A DNA stretch of 54,271 nt, counting the filler, from Stramenopiles sp. TOSAG23-2 (Eukaryota): the NCBI GenBank assembly GCA_900128395.1. It is 3 parts of 3 records of this genome, joined end to end, with 100 filler letters (N's around TTAATTAATTAA, not from the genome) between each part and the next. Parts side by side here need not be neighbours in the genome. Positions count along the whole stretch, not along the records: positions 18,261 to 36,293 come from LT649617.1; 2 more parts are not named here. One strand, 5' to 3'. The position numbers were made by a program, and so were the translations under genes. A model generated the notes under the pieces. The model was not told the origin of the DNA, did no database searches, and was given only the letters and a program-made list of their open reading frames with translations. The stretch's first letter is position 1. Every line of letters starts with the position of its first letter. This document shows positions 22,401 through 35,300 of this stretch, piece by piece.

Positions 22401-22640
22401 TTAACAGAGGAAATTTTAGCCACTACTATCAAAGCGCTTGCCTCTGAATTTATACCAGATAGAGCTTTATTGGCTTTATCATATTTAAAACATTTAAGCA
22501 AAGTTCCACGTTTTGATACAACGGTGATGTTTTTAGGCGACGAATATAAACAATTGCTACGTAGTATTTTCAGTCATTTAAAGGCATCTGGTGAAAAACC
22601 TGATGTTGTAAAAACTGTTCAAAAAGCTTGGAAGATTTAA
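19482..22640 (+). CDS. SPAG1: SPAG1/RPAP3-family TPR co-chaperone (dynein assembly factor)
   Basis: SPAG1-type N-terminus LDYDYVGKC...L.SGKEGRYFELE; three TPR clamp clusters (KQKGNECF, KTQGSNFF, KDDGNAFF); RPAP3-C-like end (PNSYLEFE...VPRFDTTVMFL). Confidence 0.85.
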   Translation: MSEPSEKESKSDRWSDLPEYDVEKLDYDYVGKCENLQELKDIYTVLTSGKEGRYFELEKFTEERMIKFMSPKEKTLWIARHREVTQAEKLEAADDILNWASNMKQTDEELRAVSEQQQGGNANKNESKYNQDDDGEDSDDNGDIFTEKKAKVVISSNSSTNNSHLPPVRNQINSNASTRNSTVKPNNGQDSDDDDEEESNSKPVDPKDKKYRYSYDYFKEWDKFDIEGELSKIDDLEKREEERKQARERRNKEKEKERFKRMERDLKALGLRSDMLSQMSMPKRKVIAEKEKQKGNECFRSKEFDEAYMYYSRSLFFDNSNHIVYANRAMANLRLKKFDKAEEDCSRSLAIEPTYVKALTRRGMARHKRGKYLEAIEDFKTAIELQPSNKELRKLMQSSKKMYADVGGIVTGGKAAEQKKSTRISIVEVDDDEDESSEEEEDDDDDSKEDGEEEGGTDAVFISAKKFQGAKPGYVFKKDTKGLGYYLDPKQKKVITKTTVNPVDTGAKKAKSSDSPKSVDSDGYVQLESPTHKDVAMSDDERIQAGSEAKTQGSNFFKSGKLEDAFRSFSRAIDLFPTGHEEEIKCLNNRALVCMRLARHEDVVQDCTRVLESKSGKDNVKALLRRGAAREEIEDFQGALDDMCTVMKLDPSREPVSKAISRLLVKIQNNGNKKSSSTNNKKKKDKKKEAMKKKSAAEKDNKKTKDEEKIIKNAKAKAVKEKKKAAAAAAKEKVVEKKKKEEVPKAPQVEATKPKVPEIVKEEEKLTKSAEEYKDDGNAFFKAKKYTDAISSYDKAIKVDKKCIPAIANRAMAKLQVKDYEGTVADCTNGISYLNVDKESNRTMHVKLLYRRAMGNKSLGKLSTALDDFNTILAKEPGNKRALKEKEQISKIVAPPQNPETVNRVQRMRDANTLAEKAAKALSERKGKMTFNAPNSYLEFEKARKELQSNISEFAEYLLLVKPKKLKKILKSSLTEEILATTIKALASEFIPDRALLALSYLKHLSKVPRFDTTVMFLGDEYKQLLRSIFSHLKASGEKPDVVKTVQKAWKI

Positions 22641-22936
22641 AAAGTTTTGGTTGTTACACACGGTTCGTTCGCAATCAGAGAGCGAAATTTTGTGGGAAGT
22701 GAGGAGAGAGGTGTAATTTAAATTTTTAAAATAAAAAAAAATATATTTTTATCATATATGATTTAATAATATACGGCTTCGTATAATTTTCTCTTACTCA
22801 TATACTTCGTATTATATACGTCGTATTTCGTACAAAAATTTCTTTTACTCCCGGACATTAACATCTCAAATAAAATTTAATATATATTTTTTTATATAAA
22901 GTGACTGAGCCCAATACTTTTATATGCTTCTTTTTT

Positions 22937-23926
22937 TTACCAAAATGATTCATCTAATTCTTCCTCTTCATCAAATCGTTGTGGTGGAAAAGAAACATAT
23001 GTAGACAAATATTTTGCTTTTGGGGAACTCTGGGAACTCATATCATTTACTTTATTAGAATTATTTCCACTATTACAATTTGCACTCATTTTACGCCTTT
23101 TGTTGCTATTTCGGTTTGATTGCTCTATTAAAAAGTTTGTATTGCGTATAGAAGCATATGCCTCTGCACTCGGAGCACTATCGTTGCTGATTGTTGTATT
23201 TAGCGATTCATCACTATTTTCTTCTGTTTTGTTGCTATTATTACCAGAAGTTTTATTATTAATATTATGATTTGACAAAGAAATCATTGTAAGACTTGCA
23301 TTATTTGCTTTCTTGTTGTTCTTGCTGCTACTGCTGCTGCTACTACTGCTACTACTACTACTACTGGTACTGGTACTGGTACTGGTACGATAACCATCAT
23401 TATTACTATTATTGTTGCTGTTGCTGCTGTTGCTATTACTATTGCTTTGAATTTCAAATGGTTCATCAAACGTTTCATTTAGGAATCGTTTGTCATTGGT
23501 GACTCTACTCAACACTAAACGCAATGCCCTATTTTCGTGTTTCGACTTTTCACACTCTTGCTTCAATTTTTCCATATCCTTCCTTATTACTTCAGTGGAT
23601 TTGTTTGTACCGCTTTGCACGGCGACAGAATCGCTCTGTCTTGGATTCTGGCTTTTACCTACTGCTGATAATAAATTTCTGAGAGTGTCGTTGACGACGC
23701 GCAATTCCCTATTTTCTCGCTTTAACACAGCGACATTTTGTTCAAGACTTTGTACACGTTGTTTCTTCCTTTGCCGACTTAGTTGTGCCGCTTTCCGGTT
23801 CAATTCTAAACGTCTTTTTCTTCTATCTTCTTTGGAGTTTCCTGTGCTACTGGAACTGGCATTATCATTACTAAACTGTTTTGTCATTTTCTTCGACGAT
23901 TGAATTTTCACACTGGTCTTTTTCAT
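22937..23926 (-). CDS. bZIP transcription factor
   Basis: RRKRRLELNRKAAQLSRQRKKQ basic region followed by a leucine zipper; first ATG at 23926. Confidence 0.88.
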   Translation of the reverse strand: MKKTSVKIQSSKKMTKQFSNDNASSSSTGNSKEDRRKRRLELNRKAAQLSRQRKKQRVQSLEQNVAVLKRENRELRVVNDTLRNLLSAVGKSQNPRQSDSVAVQSGTNKSTEVIRKDMEKLKQECEKSKHENRALRLVLSRVTNDKRFLNETFDEPFEIQSNSNSNSSNSNNNSNNDGYRTSTSTSTSSSSSSSSSSSSSSKNNKKANNASLTMISLSNHNINNKTSGNNSNKTEENSDESLNTTISNDSAPSAEAYASIRNTNFLIEQSNRNSNKRRKMSANCNSGNNSNKVNDMSSQSSPKAKYLSTYVSFPPQRFDEEEELDESFW

Positions 23927-25089
23927 ATTGTGTTTCACTGTAAACAATTTTTATTCTTTATATATGTTTTGTATGTGAACTATTGTATATAAATTATTTA
24001 TATATTGATATACAGAGTATATGAATACGATATACGTATATAGTCAGCTATATAATTAATATAATAATTTTTTAGTTATATTTATAAATATAACAATAAA
24101 AAATAATAAAATTCGGTTTGTGTCTATTTGTATATGGATACTGGGTGGAAGGTATGGTTTACGTATAAATATATATACATATAATTAAATTGTTATTTTG
24201 TTATGTATGTTTTTATACTTTGTACTCCAATATTTGATATATGTGTAGTTGTTTTTTCTGATAATACCATAATATATATATATATATATATACGGTATAT
24301 TTATATAATAATACCAGGAATACACTATATTATTTGCACTATCCTTCAATTTTTTAGTTGTGGTGCATGCTGGCATGCTGCTGTGCTGTTGTGCTGATGT
24401 GCCCCATCGAAGTTTTTATCTTCAATTTTGAACGATGTTTCCATAGTAGCCGCCTACGAGGATTATAATTATTAGCGAGAAGCTTATTACTTCATTCATG
24501 GATATCATCAATATTGTTCATTGAGCTAATGCATTGTCATAGTCTATCTGTAATGGTATATAGATAGTAAATCGATATAATATGGTAATATCATTACAAT
24601 GCTATGTAGTGTACGCCTCGTATTTATGTACAGGTACGATGGTCCATGTTGTTGTTAAGGTTTTATTGGATTTATTGTGTCGATTTTAATCAGAGAGATT
24701 CAATGTTACTCTCTTCTCATTTTTAATTTTTCCAGCGAGAATTCTCCCTCCTGGGAACCTTAACCTGGTCTGATTTTAGAGAGAATCTGAAGGTGACAGA
24801 GAGAATCTGAAGGTGCTGAAAAAGGAATATTATAAAATTTTTGAACACAGGCTTTTGATTTGCATTTGTTGCGCCAAAAAAAGCCACCACCACACAAGCC
24901 GATAAACGCATCACATGATGGTTGTGCTGAAGTGAATTACAATTTACATACACACAAACAAAAATATAATACCATAGTGAACAAAACAGAGACAAAACAA
25001 AGTATACAATTATTATACTAAAAAACAAGACGAAACAAAACTACTATAATATATTATTAAAAACAATTATTAAAAAAATATTATCAAAT

Positions 25090-26004
25090 ATGTCAAACTT
25101 TGCAAACCGTATGAAATTATCTGGTGTTGGAACTGCATTAATTACACCTTTCACTGCTAATGGGGAAAAGGTAGATTATGAAGCATTTGGAAAATTAATT
25201 GATAACCAACTTGCTGCCGGCTTGGACTTTTTAGTGCCAATGGGTACAACTGGAGAATGCCCAGTTGTTTCGGATGAAGAATTTGAAGCAATTGTTAAAT
25301 TTACTGTGGAGCGTGTTGCTGGACGCGTTCCAGTTGTTGCTGGTAGTGGCTCAAATAATACAGCCAAAGTTGTAAAAGCAACTAAACTTATTAAAAAATT
25401 AGGTTGTGACGCAGCACTTATTGTAAATCCATATTACAACAAACCATCGCAAGAAGGATTATATCAACATTTCAAAAAAATCTGCACCGAATGCAAATTT
25501 CCTGTAGTTTTGTATAATATTCCAAGTCGTACTGGAATTACAATGCAACCAGAGACTGTGGAAAGGTTGTACAATGATTTCGAAGAAATTATTGCTATTA
25601 AAGAAGCAACCGGTTCTTTAGATATTGCAACCAAAATTGCAGAGCGTTGCGATATACCAATTTTATCAGGTGATGATTCCTTATCCTTACCATTAATGTC
25701 CATCGGTGGCAAAGGTGTTGTTAGCGTTCTTTCAAATGTAGCGCCAGAATTTGTTCTATCAATTATAAGAGCTGCGCAAAAAGGTGACTTCACTACAGCA
25801 GCTAAGAATCATGTGAAATATCACAAACTTATGCGCACAATGTTTGTTCAAACAAACCCAGTTCCAGTAAAAAAAACAGCAGCATTAATGGGTATTTGTA
25901 CGGACGCTGTACGTCTTCCACTTGTATCAATTACTGATGATAACCTTGCAAAGCTAACACCAGTATTACAAGAATATGGATTAGGACAAAATGGTTCTCC
26001 ATAA
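25090..26004 (+). CDS. dapA: 4-hydroxy-tetrahydrodipicolinate synthase (DHDPS)
   Basis: ALITPF, GTTGE, PYYNKPSQEG, LYNIPSRTG, Schiff-base Lys in AIKEA, LSGDD, NPVPVK. Confidence 0.95.
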   Translation: MSNFANRMKLSGVGTALITPFTANGEKVDYEAFGKLIDNQLAAGLDFLVPMGTTGECPVVSDEEFEAIVKFTVERVAGRVPVVAGSGSNNTAKVVKATKLIKKLGCDAALIVNPYYNKPSQEGLYQHFKKICTECKFPVVLYNIPSRTGITMQPETVERLYNDFEEIIAIKEATGSLDIATKIAERCDIPILSGDDSLSLPLMSIGGKGVVSVLSNVAPEFVLSIIRAAQKGDFTTAAKNHVKYHKLMRTMFVQTNPVPVKKTAALMGICTDAVRLPLVSITDDNLAKLTPVLQEYGLGQNGSP

Positions 26005-26348
26005 ACAAATACATATATATTTAATATTTGTTTGAAGTGAAATTTGATCTGCAATGTATATTTCTTACTCATATATTATCAATAATACGAACTCGTATAT
26101 ATCTAGATTATTAAAAGAGTAAACATTTATAGTGTTAGTACTTTTGTACGCTTCGTACGAACGATTTTTTAAATTTTTTTTTTATATATATATATATATA
26201 CTTCGTAAAAATTATATACGAAGTAATATAAACTGGTAAAAATATACTCGTGTATTAATTTTATTATAAATATTTTAATTTACGCAAGAATAAAACTTTT
26301 GTTAATATTCGGTATTATTTTTAGAAAAAGCAAACTTTTCTAATTTTT

Positions 26349-29300
26349 TTAATCATCCAACTGTGTCAACATAGCAACACCAGCTTTAATCCATTCGTCT
26401 CCATCACGATCACTTGGTATACGTATCATCATGACAAAATTAGTCGAATGCCCAGTGGTTGATAACATTCCACGACGCTCACTAGTTTTATAAACTGGGC
26501 AGTCATAGTGGTCATACACTGAAATATCCTTCGATGCTTTCGGTTTTAACCATAATACAGGCGCAACGCCGAATAATACTTTAGGTAGAGAATCATTTAG
26601 ACATTTTTTGTCTGCATCCCATCTTGCCCCATCAATAAACAGACCATATACGTACACTCCATCCTTTGGTGCTGTACGATACATTTGTTGTGGTTTTGGC
26701 ATGACTTCGAAATCAAAATCTACATCATCAATCTCTACGGTATATTTACGAGCAAAATTTTGTAAGGTACCAGTTAAAAAGGCTTGAGTAAAATAAAAGC
26801 CAGACACCCAGAATGTTGGTGGAGCTTTAGTATCTAGCCATTTTTTGAAAAAGCTTAAACGTGCTAGGAGATCAGTTGTATATCCAGCCAAAGGCTTCAA
26901 CGATGGATAAGACGCATCTAGCCATTTTTCAGGAATTTTTCCAAAGAATAATGAGTTTCCAGACTTTTCAATTGAAGCAGACATTACTGTTAAACCTTTC
27001 ACCGCATTCATAACGTCTTGAAGACTTTCTTTAATGACAGCAACCAATTTGTTAAAGCGTTGCAACTCTTGTACCAAAACTGTATTCATTGAATTATCCC
27101 ATTTTACAGGATATTTTAACTTTGCTATTTCCATATCAAAAAGACTTGGAAATTTTGCTAATGAATTTTCTGCTACTTCATATATGATTTGATCCTGTGT
27201 CTTCTCATCTGATTCTGTTTGATCATCAATATCGACAGAGTCATCTCCGCCACCACCTCCAGATTCTTCCGTCAATAAAATGGAAACTAACAACTCATTC
27301 GTAGATTTTTGATCTTTAGTAATATTAGCATTATCGTGTAAGCAAAATACTTCTGGGTCCACCGTTAGTGGCAACGCCTCAACAAATTTGACGTAATCTT
27401 CCCATTTGCCATCTGGCGGTATGACATAACTCCCTGATTTTGTAATTTTATGCCCTGGTTCCAATACCGCAGGTTTGTAATAATCCTTCAGCAACGTCAT
27501 TAAAAGTCTACGATCCTTATTATCTGTCACTCTTCCACCATAATTACATTGACCAGCACAATAATTTAATGCTTTAAATGGTAACTTCTCATACAAGTCT
27601 AAAAACATAGCTAGCTGTTTGATACTGATTCTCAAGTCGGACTCATTAAATTCATATGGATTGTTCCATCCTAGCGCACCAAATTCACGTCGCTCTTGGA
27701 TATTTGCATGGAAGAAACACAACGAATATAGGAGAGCTCTAAATTCAACTGCTTTTCCAACAGAGCCGAAAAATGTTGGATCGGATATTGGGTCGTTTTT
27801 ATATGAGCCCAAAATATTTTGTCGCATACCTGCAGGTGGTTCGACTGTCATTTTTACAGCATTTTGCAATATAGAGACTGGAAAATCTGGTGATGGGTAT
27901 GTTGTGCACCACAGCCTATAGTCAGGATGGCATTGAGCTGGTTTCAATTGCTCGCAAATTTTTTCAAGTTCTGGCATCCAACTTGTTGCCAAGTGACAAT
28001 TTTGCAAAATTACCCAGGATCCATCTTTCATGGCATTCTCAATCAATTTAGCAGCTTTTGGGCCTTGTCCTTGTCCTAGAGATATGGTATTCAACGTGGC
28101 TTTTTGATCTGAAACGAATTTCAAAAGGCCAGCCATCGGATCAGAACCGGCTGATAATACAAATACTAATGGGTTTGTAATAGCAGAATCTACATAACAT
28201 GCAGCCAAATCGAATGGAGGTGGTTTGACAAATTTATCTCCCAGCTCACTCATTACATAATTTTGAACTGCAATCATCATTTTATCAGGTCGAATTGCTC
28301 TCAAAACCAACATTTTTTGGAAAGTACTTAAATCATCATTCCAACTTCCTGGTAAAGGCTCTACTTCAGGTTGTGCAGAATCATAAATTCTTTTCCAATC
28401 ATCTGACGATCCCATAATATTATGTCGAAGTCCTGGGAATGCATGTAGCTCCGATAAACGACATAATTCACCCCATGCTTTATCCGACAACCATTCTTTT
28501 GCTGGATTTTTATGAGGATTTTCTACAACAACTCCGCCGGTAATTAAAAAGTACCACTCTGGGTAATCAATAGTTCCTGCACCTTGGTTCAATCTAATTG
28601 TCATCACAAATGAAAAAAGTAACTTATCCTTCTCTAGAAGGGAACGGCAAATATTTGCATACAGCGAATACGTAAAATACTCGCTAAGATTTTCTAATCG
28701 TTTTTCTAACTTTTTGGAAGCTTCACTTTTTCTAATTGCATTGACAAATAAACCTGTGTACCACTCTAAAGAATATTGATACGTCGGTTCTATATTTGCT
28801 AATGATGCTATACAGAAATACAAAATTTGACCTCTTACAGCAATTGGAATATAGCCTTCGCGCACTGCATCAATTTGCTTTTCCGTTTCATCCGCAACTT
28901 GTTGCTTTTCCTTGATATCTAACGAAATTTCTTTACTGTCTTTCAACGCTTTAATAGCAGATTCATCTTCCAAGATATTACCTGTTGATGTAGCAAGAAT
29001 ATGTAAAATCTTATCTTCGCAATCTTTTGCCAATGCGGCATTTTTAGCACCCAATGCAATCAATCTATTTTTCTCTTCTGCTAAATCTGGACGTTCTTCT
29101 TGCACTACGCAAAACAACAATTGATCCTGCAAACCACTTGGTGTGATCATGAAATTCAGTAAAGTAACTTTTACTGCAATTTCAGGTAAATAATGTGGAT
29201 TACGAAGTTTGGTTGTCATGTAAAAACGAAAATTTTCAGAATATTCAACAGTGCTATCGCCTAAACGAATACACATAACACCACCTTGTTTAAAGATAGC

Positions 29301-32300
29301 CTTTTGTAGTAAAGGCTCAAGAGTTGGATCCATTTCTTCTAAAATGTTTTCCAATAAAACTGGAGCACCAAATTGCACAGCATTCTCCACACTTCTCATG
29401 TAATTAGCGTCACTCAATTTGATAACTTTAAGTCCGTCTTTGGTTTCAAAATTTTTAATCCATTTGTTCGCTTGACCTTGAGGATCTATCATTAGTGGCC
29501 AACGACGTGACGCAAATAAAATAATACCATTATCAACCGACATGGAGTCCGTTGGTAAGCCGTCAACTTGCCATTGCCTAATCTTTACAGGATCGCCAAG
29601 TGTTCTAACCAACGAAGGTTTCTCAGAGCAAGGAATACCAAGCAATTTGCATCGAGCCACCCATTTACCCATGATACTAACACGAAATTCGGATGTAAAT
29701 GCTCCAAGATATGCCATTAAACCGGATGATACCAACACATTCCCAGTTAAGTTTGTATATTCTTCTGAAAGCTCACCAACTTTTTCCGTCCATCTTGCCT
29801 GTTCTCCACCAAGGCCATCAATTAATTCCTTTGCACGAACCAATTTCTTATTACATAAATCAACATTTGCTTCCAATTCCTCTTTCCTTTTAATTGCTTG
29901 CTCCAATGCACTTTCTAATTCTGCCAAATCGTCTTCAACTTTCTTCAACTCAGCTTTTTTCTTATTTAATTTTTCCATTGTCTCCTTCAATTCTAATTCT
30001 GAAGCGGCCAACTTTGCCTTTTTTGGTGCAACAACTTTAGCTACGCGATCGTATGCTTCCATCGCGCGAACCCATTTACATAGACCCATAGCAGCTATAG
30101 ATGCTTTTTTTACCCTCTCAGGCGTGAACTCCTCTTTCGATAGATAACTTTTGCGAATTTTCGCAACAACTTTTGGATCGATGTTATCTTTATCGTAATC
30201 TTTCAATTTTTGTAAAAATTTAGAATCACCAAGTAATTGTTTTTTTGCTGGTCCCCAGTAATCTTTAATCTTCTTGGTTGGGTCTTCTGGGTCTTTAATT
30301 TTGTCAGGCTTGATACCAAACATATCACATACTGCAGACATTGTCAAAACGACCCCAGAAGGTGGTTTTTTCATTGCACCTACTTCGGTAATATCAGACT
30401 TTTTTAACGTGTTCAATGCTTGGATTGCATCTTCTAGCAGAGGTATTGCCACTGCCAATTCATCCTCGCATTCTTTTTTCATTGCTGCACACGCATCTGC
30501 ATCTACTTGCACAATCGCAGCCTCTTTTCCTACATTATTTTTCATTTTGGTGACACCTGGCAATTTTTGCTCTATGGTTGCCATCAATGCTTCGGTCTTT
30601 TTAGTAGAGTCTTCTAAAACTGGAATCATCTCTGTCAATTCCTTTTGCATGTGCTCTACTTGGTCCGCAGCAAATCCTAGTTTATCCAAACCATTAGCAT
30701 ATCGATCTCTAGCCAATTTGACAGCTTCACGAGTAATTCCTAAAGAGCCTTGGAAGGCTTTAATCAATTCTAAGTAAGACGTTGGAGTCATGTAAGTGAT
30801 GCGTCCTTTTTTTTCTGCAAACAGTGTTGATAGCTTTCTGGAACTTTGATGGATGTAACCACATGTTGTTACAAGAGCAGTTTTTACTTGTTCATCGACT
30901 TTGATAGAAGCCAAAAATTTCTCTGCCACAGCTTCCAATGCATCTGTGGGCCATGCAAAGAACCAATCAATAGTAGTACAATTAACAATTGATGGAAATT
31001 TTCTCAATCGTGACCTGAACGCTTCTCCGATGGGACTAAATGCTAAAACAATGTGTAAATTGTCCTTCAATCTACGTAAGAAAAATTCAAACAATTCATT
31101 TGTCGTCATATTTTTGCCATCTTTCAATTCTTTAGCGTGAACTCTCATCCTATCAACAATTTCCATTTTTTCATCCACCATGAAAATGTTTGGAACTTCT
31201 CCGGTGTTCAATATAGAACTGATGTCAAGAACAAAACGCTCATCCTTCACTTGTGTATCACTAAATAAGAAGACAAAAGGCCTCTCTCCACATCCACCTT
31301 CTCTTAATACAATTTTCACATCTTCTCTCCATTCTGCAAATCCATAATTTTTTGACAGTTCAATTTGCTTCAGTGTATAATCAAGCATAAATGCGGCGAG
31401 TCGAGTTAAACTTTGTCTTCCACTACCTCCAACACCAACTAGCAATGTATTTCCACCTGGCATACTCAAAACTCGTGCAATACGAGAGATATGCTCGACA
31501 GCGAATACGAACAATACTAAATCCATTTTCGTTTTACTGACATCATTATAATCTTCCAGGTATTTATTCATTTGATGAACAAGTGAATCAACATCATCAA
31601 TTTCTTTGTATTGTTTAACAGTGGTATAATTTCCAAAAAATAAACGACGCAATGAGTCTAAACCTGCTTGGTTTTTCTCCTCTGGATCTAAATGCCCGAT
31701 CACATCTGCCATGTTCAATGAAAAATGCTCCTTCATAAGCTTGGTTGTATGTCCCATGAACCATTCGTTGTCTGAAACCTCTATAAGCCTATCAGATATC
31801 ACACGTGTACACTCATGCAACCATAATTTAGGCATCGTTAATGAGTTCAATCCCTCGTATGGAGTTACTAATAGAATACCTTGAATAATACGTGCTACAT
31901 CTCTTACATTAAATGTGTAATGCGATTTTTTTGGCGTTGGCAATAAATTCAATTGAGACGCTTGGTACATGTCAATAGTTGCACTGACCAAAGATTTTGC
32001 AAAACGATTTGCATCAGATGGAAGCTTTGCAACTTTCATATGCCAATCTACAATGTGTGAAAATATATGGACTAAATCATCTTGATTGAAACTATCTACG
32101 CATATAAGATTAAAATGTCGCATCATTCTTGGTGTAATATGATTGTTACTACCACCTGGTGGACCCATTGCTGCAATCAGATGAGTGTCTATCAACTCTC
32201 TCCAAGTCTTTTCTTTCTCATCATACCAGCCTCCATTTGCACAAAATTGTCTTAAAAGTTCTACAGCAGCTTGTGCTCCATATTCTTCAATTTCTGGCAT

Positions 32301-35300
32301 GTTTACATCATCAACAAATACCAATGCTTTGCATCCAAAAGAAGGTCCAAAAACACCTTTCCTTCGTTTATCCACTTTACCATCAACAATTCTTTGTGCA
32401 TCGTTTCCACTTGTTTCCGCTGTGTAACTTAAAAAGATAGGTTTGAAAATATTTTGGTCCATAATCTGCGTCACAACTTTTTTAATGAAAACTGATTTTC
32501 CAGTTCCAGTTGGGCCAATGACCAATGTAGGTGCACCACCTTTGAGCAACATAGGCAAAAGTCTTCCCAGGCAAGCAGTAACTTGTGTGTCAATAACGAT
32601 GCTACTAAAAGTCGCTGTAGCTGGAATTTTTTGTTTTACCAAGGTATCTTTCCATAATACGTACTTGTTATTGTGCATGTCATACATATAGTCAAATATT
32701 AATTGTTTGCTAGGAAGTGCAAGGCCGAGTTTCCTTGGCTCCCAATTTTTGTATGGGTACTTCCATCCACGAAGTAGCAATTGCGTATTTGTATTTTTGT
32801 AGCTAGCACCTTCAACACATGCAGGATCGGAAATAAACTCACGAATAAAAATGTCAATCATCTCTCGTGAAGCATCGTCAGTAATAGAACATATGGACCA
32901 AATCATAGAAAACATGAATATTGAATCGATTTGCGCTGGTGTAAGTTTTTTCTTTTTCTCGTCTTTCTTTTTCTTCTTTTTGCCATCCTCTTCTGGTTTA
33001 TCTCCTAGAAATTCTTCGATGTGATACTCAATAAATCTCAAACAAGCTACGATAAGCTGCTGGTCCACTGTCGGTGCTCGGCAGTTACAAGCTGTTTTCA
33101 CGTAGCAAATTGCAGGATCCGCGATCCACATAAATAAATCTAGTATTTGTGCTCCTTCTTCTTCCGTTAAAATCCATTGTCTTCCAACATCTTCTCCTTC
33201 TTTGACTGATAAACGCTGGATCCAAGAATCAACGCAAGGCGTCCATCCCATACGATGCGGTTCCAAATAAACAACCCCGACACGGCTCACCGTAGCTGGT
33301 GATGCAACTTCTAAATCCATCGGTTCAAAAATCATATTCATAGTGTCCGACATGCTAATCATCTCACCACTCATTAAACATAGTTTTTTATTGTCGTCTA
33401 ATACAGTATTCATATTTTCAATCCAAATTGCGTCAACCGGCCCATCAAACCATACCCACTTAAAATCTTCAGGATTCCCAACTTTTGGTGGCTCTGCTGC
33501 GTAATTTCTATATGTAATTGCTAAAACGCCATCAGACCACTCGTGTGTCTGTGGGTCAAATTGACCATATAATTGGCCCATTGGAATGCTCTTTGGGTTG
33601 ATGACAGTTGCATATGTCTTCTGCCATTTTGGGTTATCTGGCTCGCGTATTTTCATTTCTGTTAGTGTCTCTTGAAGCATCCTCAATGCGTTTGTTTTTC
33701 CTGCAAATGGTCTTCCAACAACCATGAAACCATGACGAACAACCATAGTCTCGTAGATTTCAAATACCTTTGTTTTAAAGTAATCCGTAGGTTGAAGAAT
33801 ATTTTTTTTGCACATATCTAATAAACATGTATGCATCGTGCCATAATCCACTTCTTCTAATTCAATACCTGGGAATAAATCGCCTACAATACCTTTAAAT
33901 AAAGGGACATCGGGAGCTAAGAATTTTGGTAAATTTACATCGACAATTGCTCTCAAACAGAGTGCTGCTTCTGGTGCATCTGGATGCTTTTTCTTTAAGT
34001 TACCCGATGTTCTAAGTACTGCCATAACTGCCCTCATTCCATAATCATAATGCCTTTGGTTTGATAACTGTTCCGAACACAATTTATAAGTCATAACAAT
34101 TTTTCTTGCTAATGCTAAACCATCCAAATATCCCATACTATACAAAATAATTTGTCCAATTTGAGCATAATCTGGAACCATCATAGCCACACTTCTAAAT
34201 AGAGCCTTTAAATTGTCTGGTAACTCTTGTCGTCCAGCATAACCTGGATTCATAGTAACGAAAACATTGCAAGTTCTACGCAACTGAATATTTTCGCCCT
34301 CGAAATCAAAACGGTCTAAGCCAGCAACTTTTGCACGAGTAATTGTTAAAATTTGTTGTGCAATAACAGATAAAACTTCTAAGTTAATTCGATTGAATTC
34401 ATCGAAACAAGACCATGCGCCGGTACCAGCAAGCCCTTTGAAAAATTTACCCATCGCTAAATAATCTAAACTATCAGAACAATTGTAAACAACGCATTGA
34501 ATAGCACAATTCTTACCAAGATCCTTCACCGTCTCCGTTTTGCCTGTTCCTGCTGGCCCAGCAGGTGCACCACCATAATCTAAATGAATAGCGCCCATTA
34601 AAGTACGATAACACCTATCGGTTAAAGGTGTTACTACAAGACGCATAGAATTTCCTAAATATTCGTATGCATACAAACGTTGTGCATTAATCATTTTACA
34701 TACCACAGTACCTGGCGCACCAGTTCTCATGGATTCCCCACCTTCGTGCCAATAATACCTAAATTGACATAACCAATCAAAATCATTTGGATCATCGATG
34801 CCTAATCTTTCTAATTCTACCACTGTATCTCTTGCATGTACATCAAGTACACATAATGGACCGATCGTTCTCTTCACAATTTTTTTCTGTGGTGTTCTCA
34901 CCATTTGAATAATGTCGTTAAGATGAGCTGTTAAACGTTGGTGCAAAGCCTTCGTTCCTTTAGGTCCTGATTTTAATGCTTCTGTTGTTACTGTTGTCCA
35001 ATACGTTTGCGAAACACCTAAAACTATCTGACCAGGCCAATCTTTCAACCATCCAGTACGATCTCCATCCGGCTCTCGTTTGCCGTAGTCTACCATAGAC
35101 AAATCGTACAAGTGAGCCATCATTTTTCTCATGACAGTCTGTATTTGATCCAACCATATTTCTACACAACCACCACTATCGTTTGGATTGATCGTTTTCT
35201 CTGAAATAGCTTCATAATCTAGAGGAATTACTTCCTTCTCTTTACTTATTATTGACGTTATAGACAAATCGCTTTGAAATTCCAAAGAATTTACACCTTC

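Noticed and set aside
24778-24815. 18-bp direct repeat AGAGAGAATCTGAAGGTG x2
   Set aside because: Only two copies and no other support; a simple local duplication
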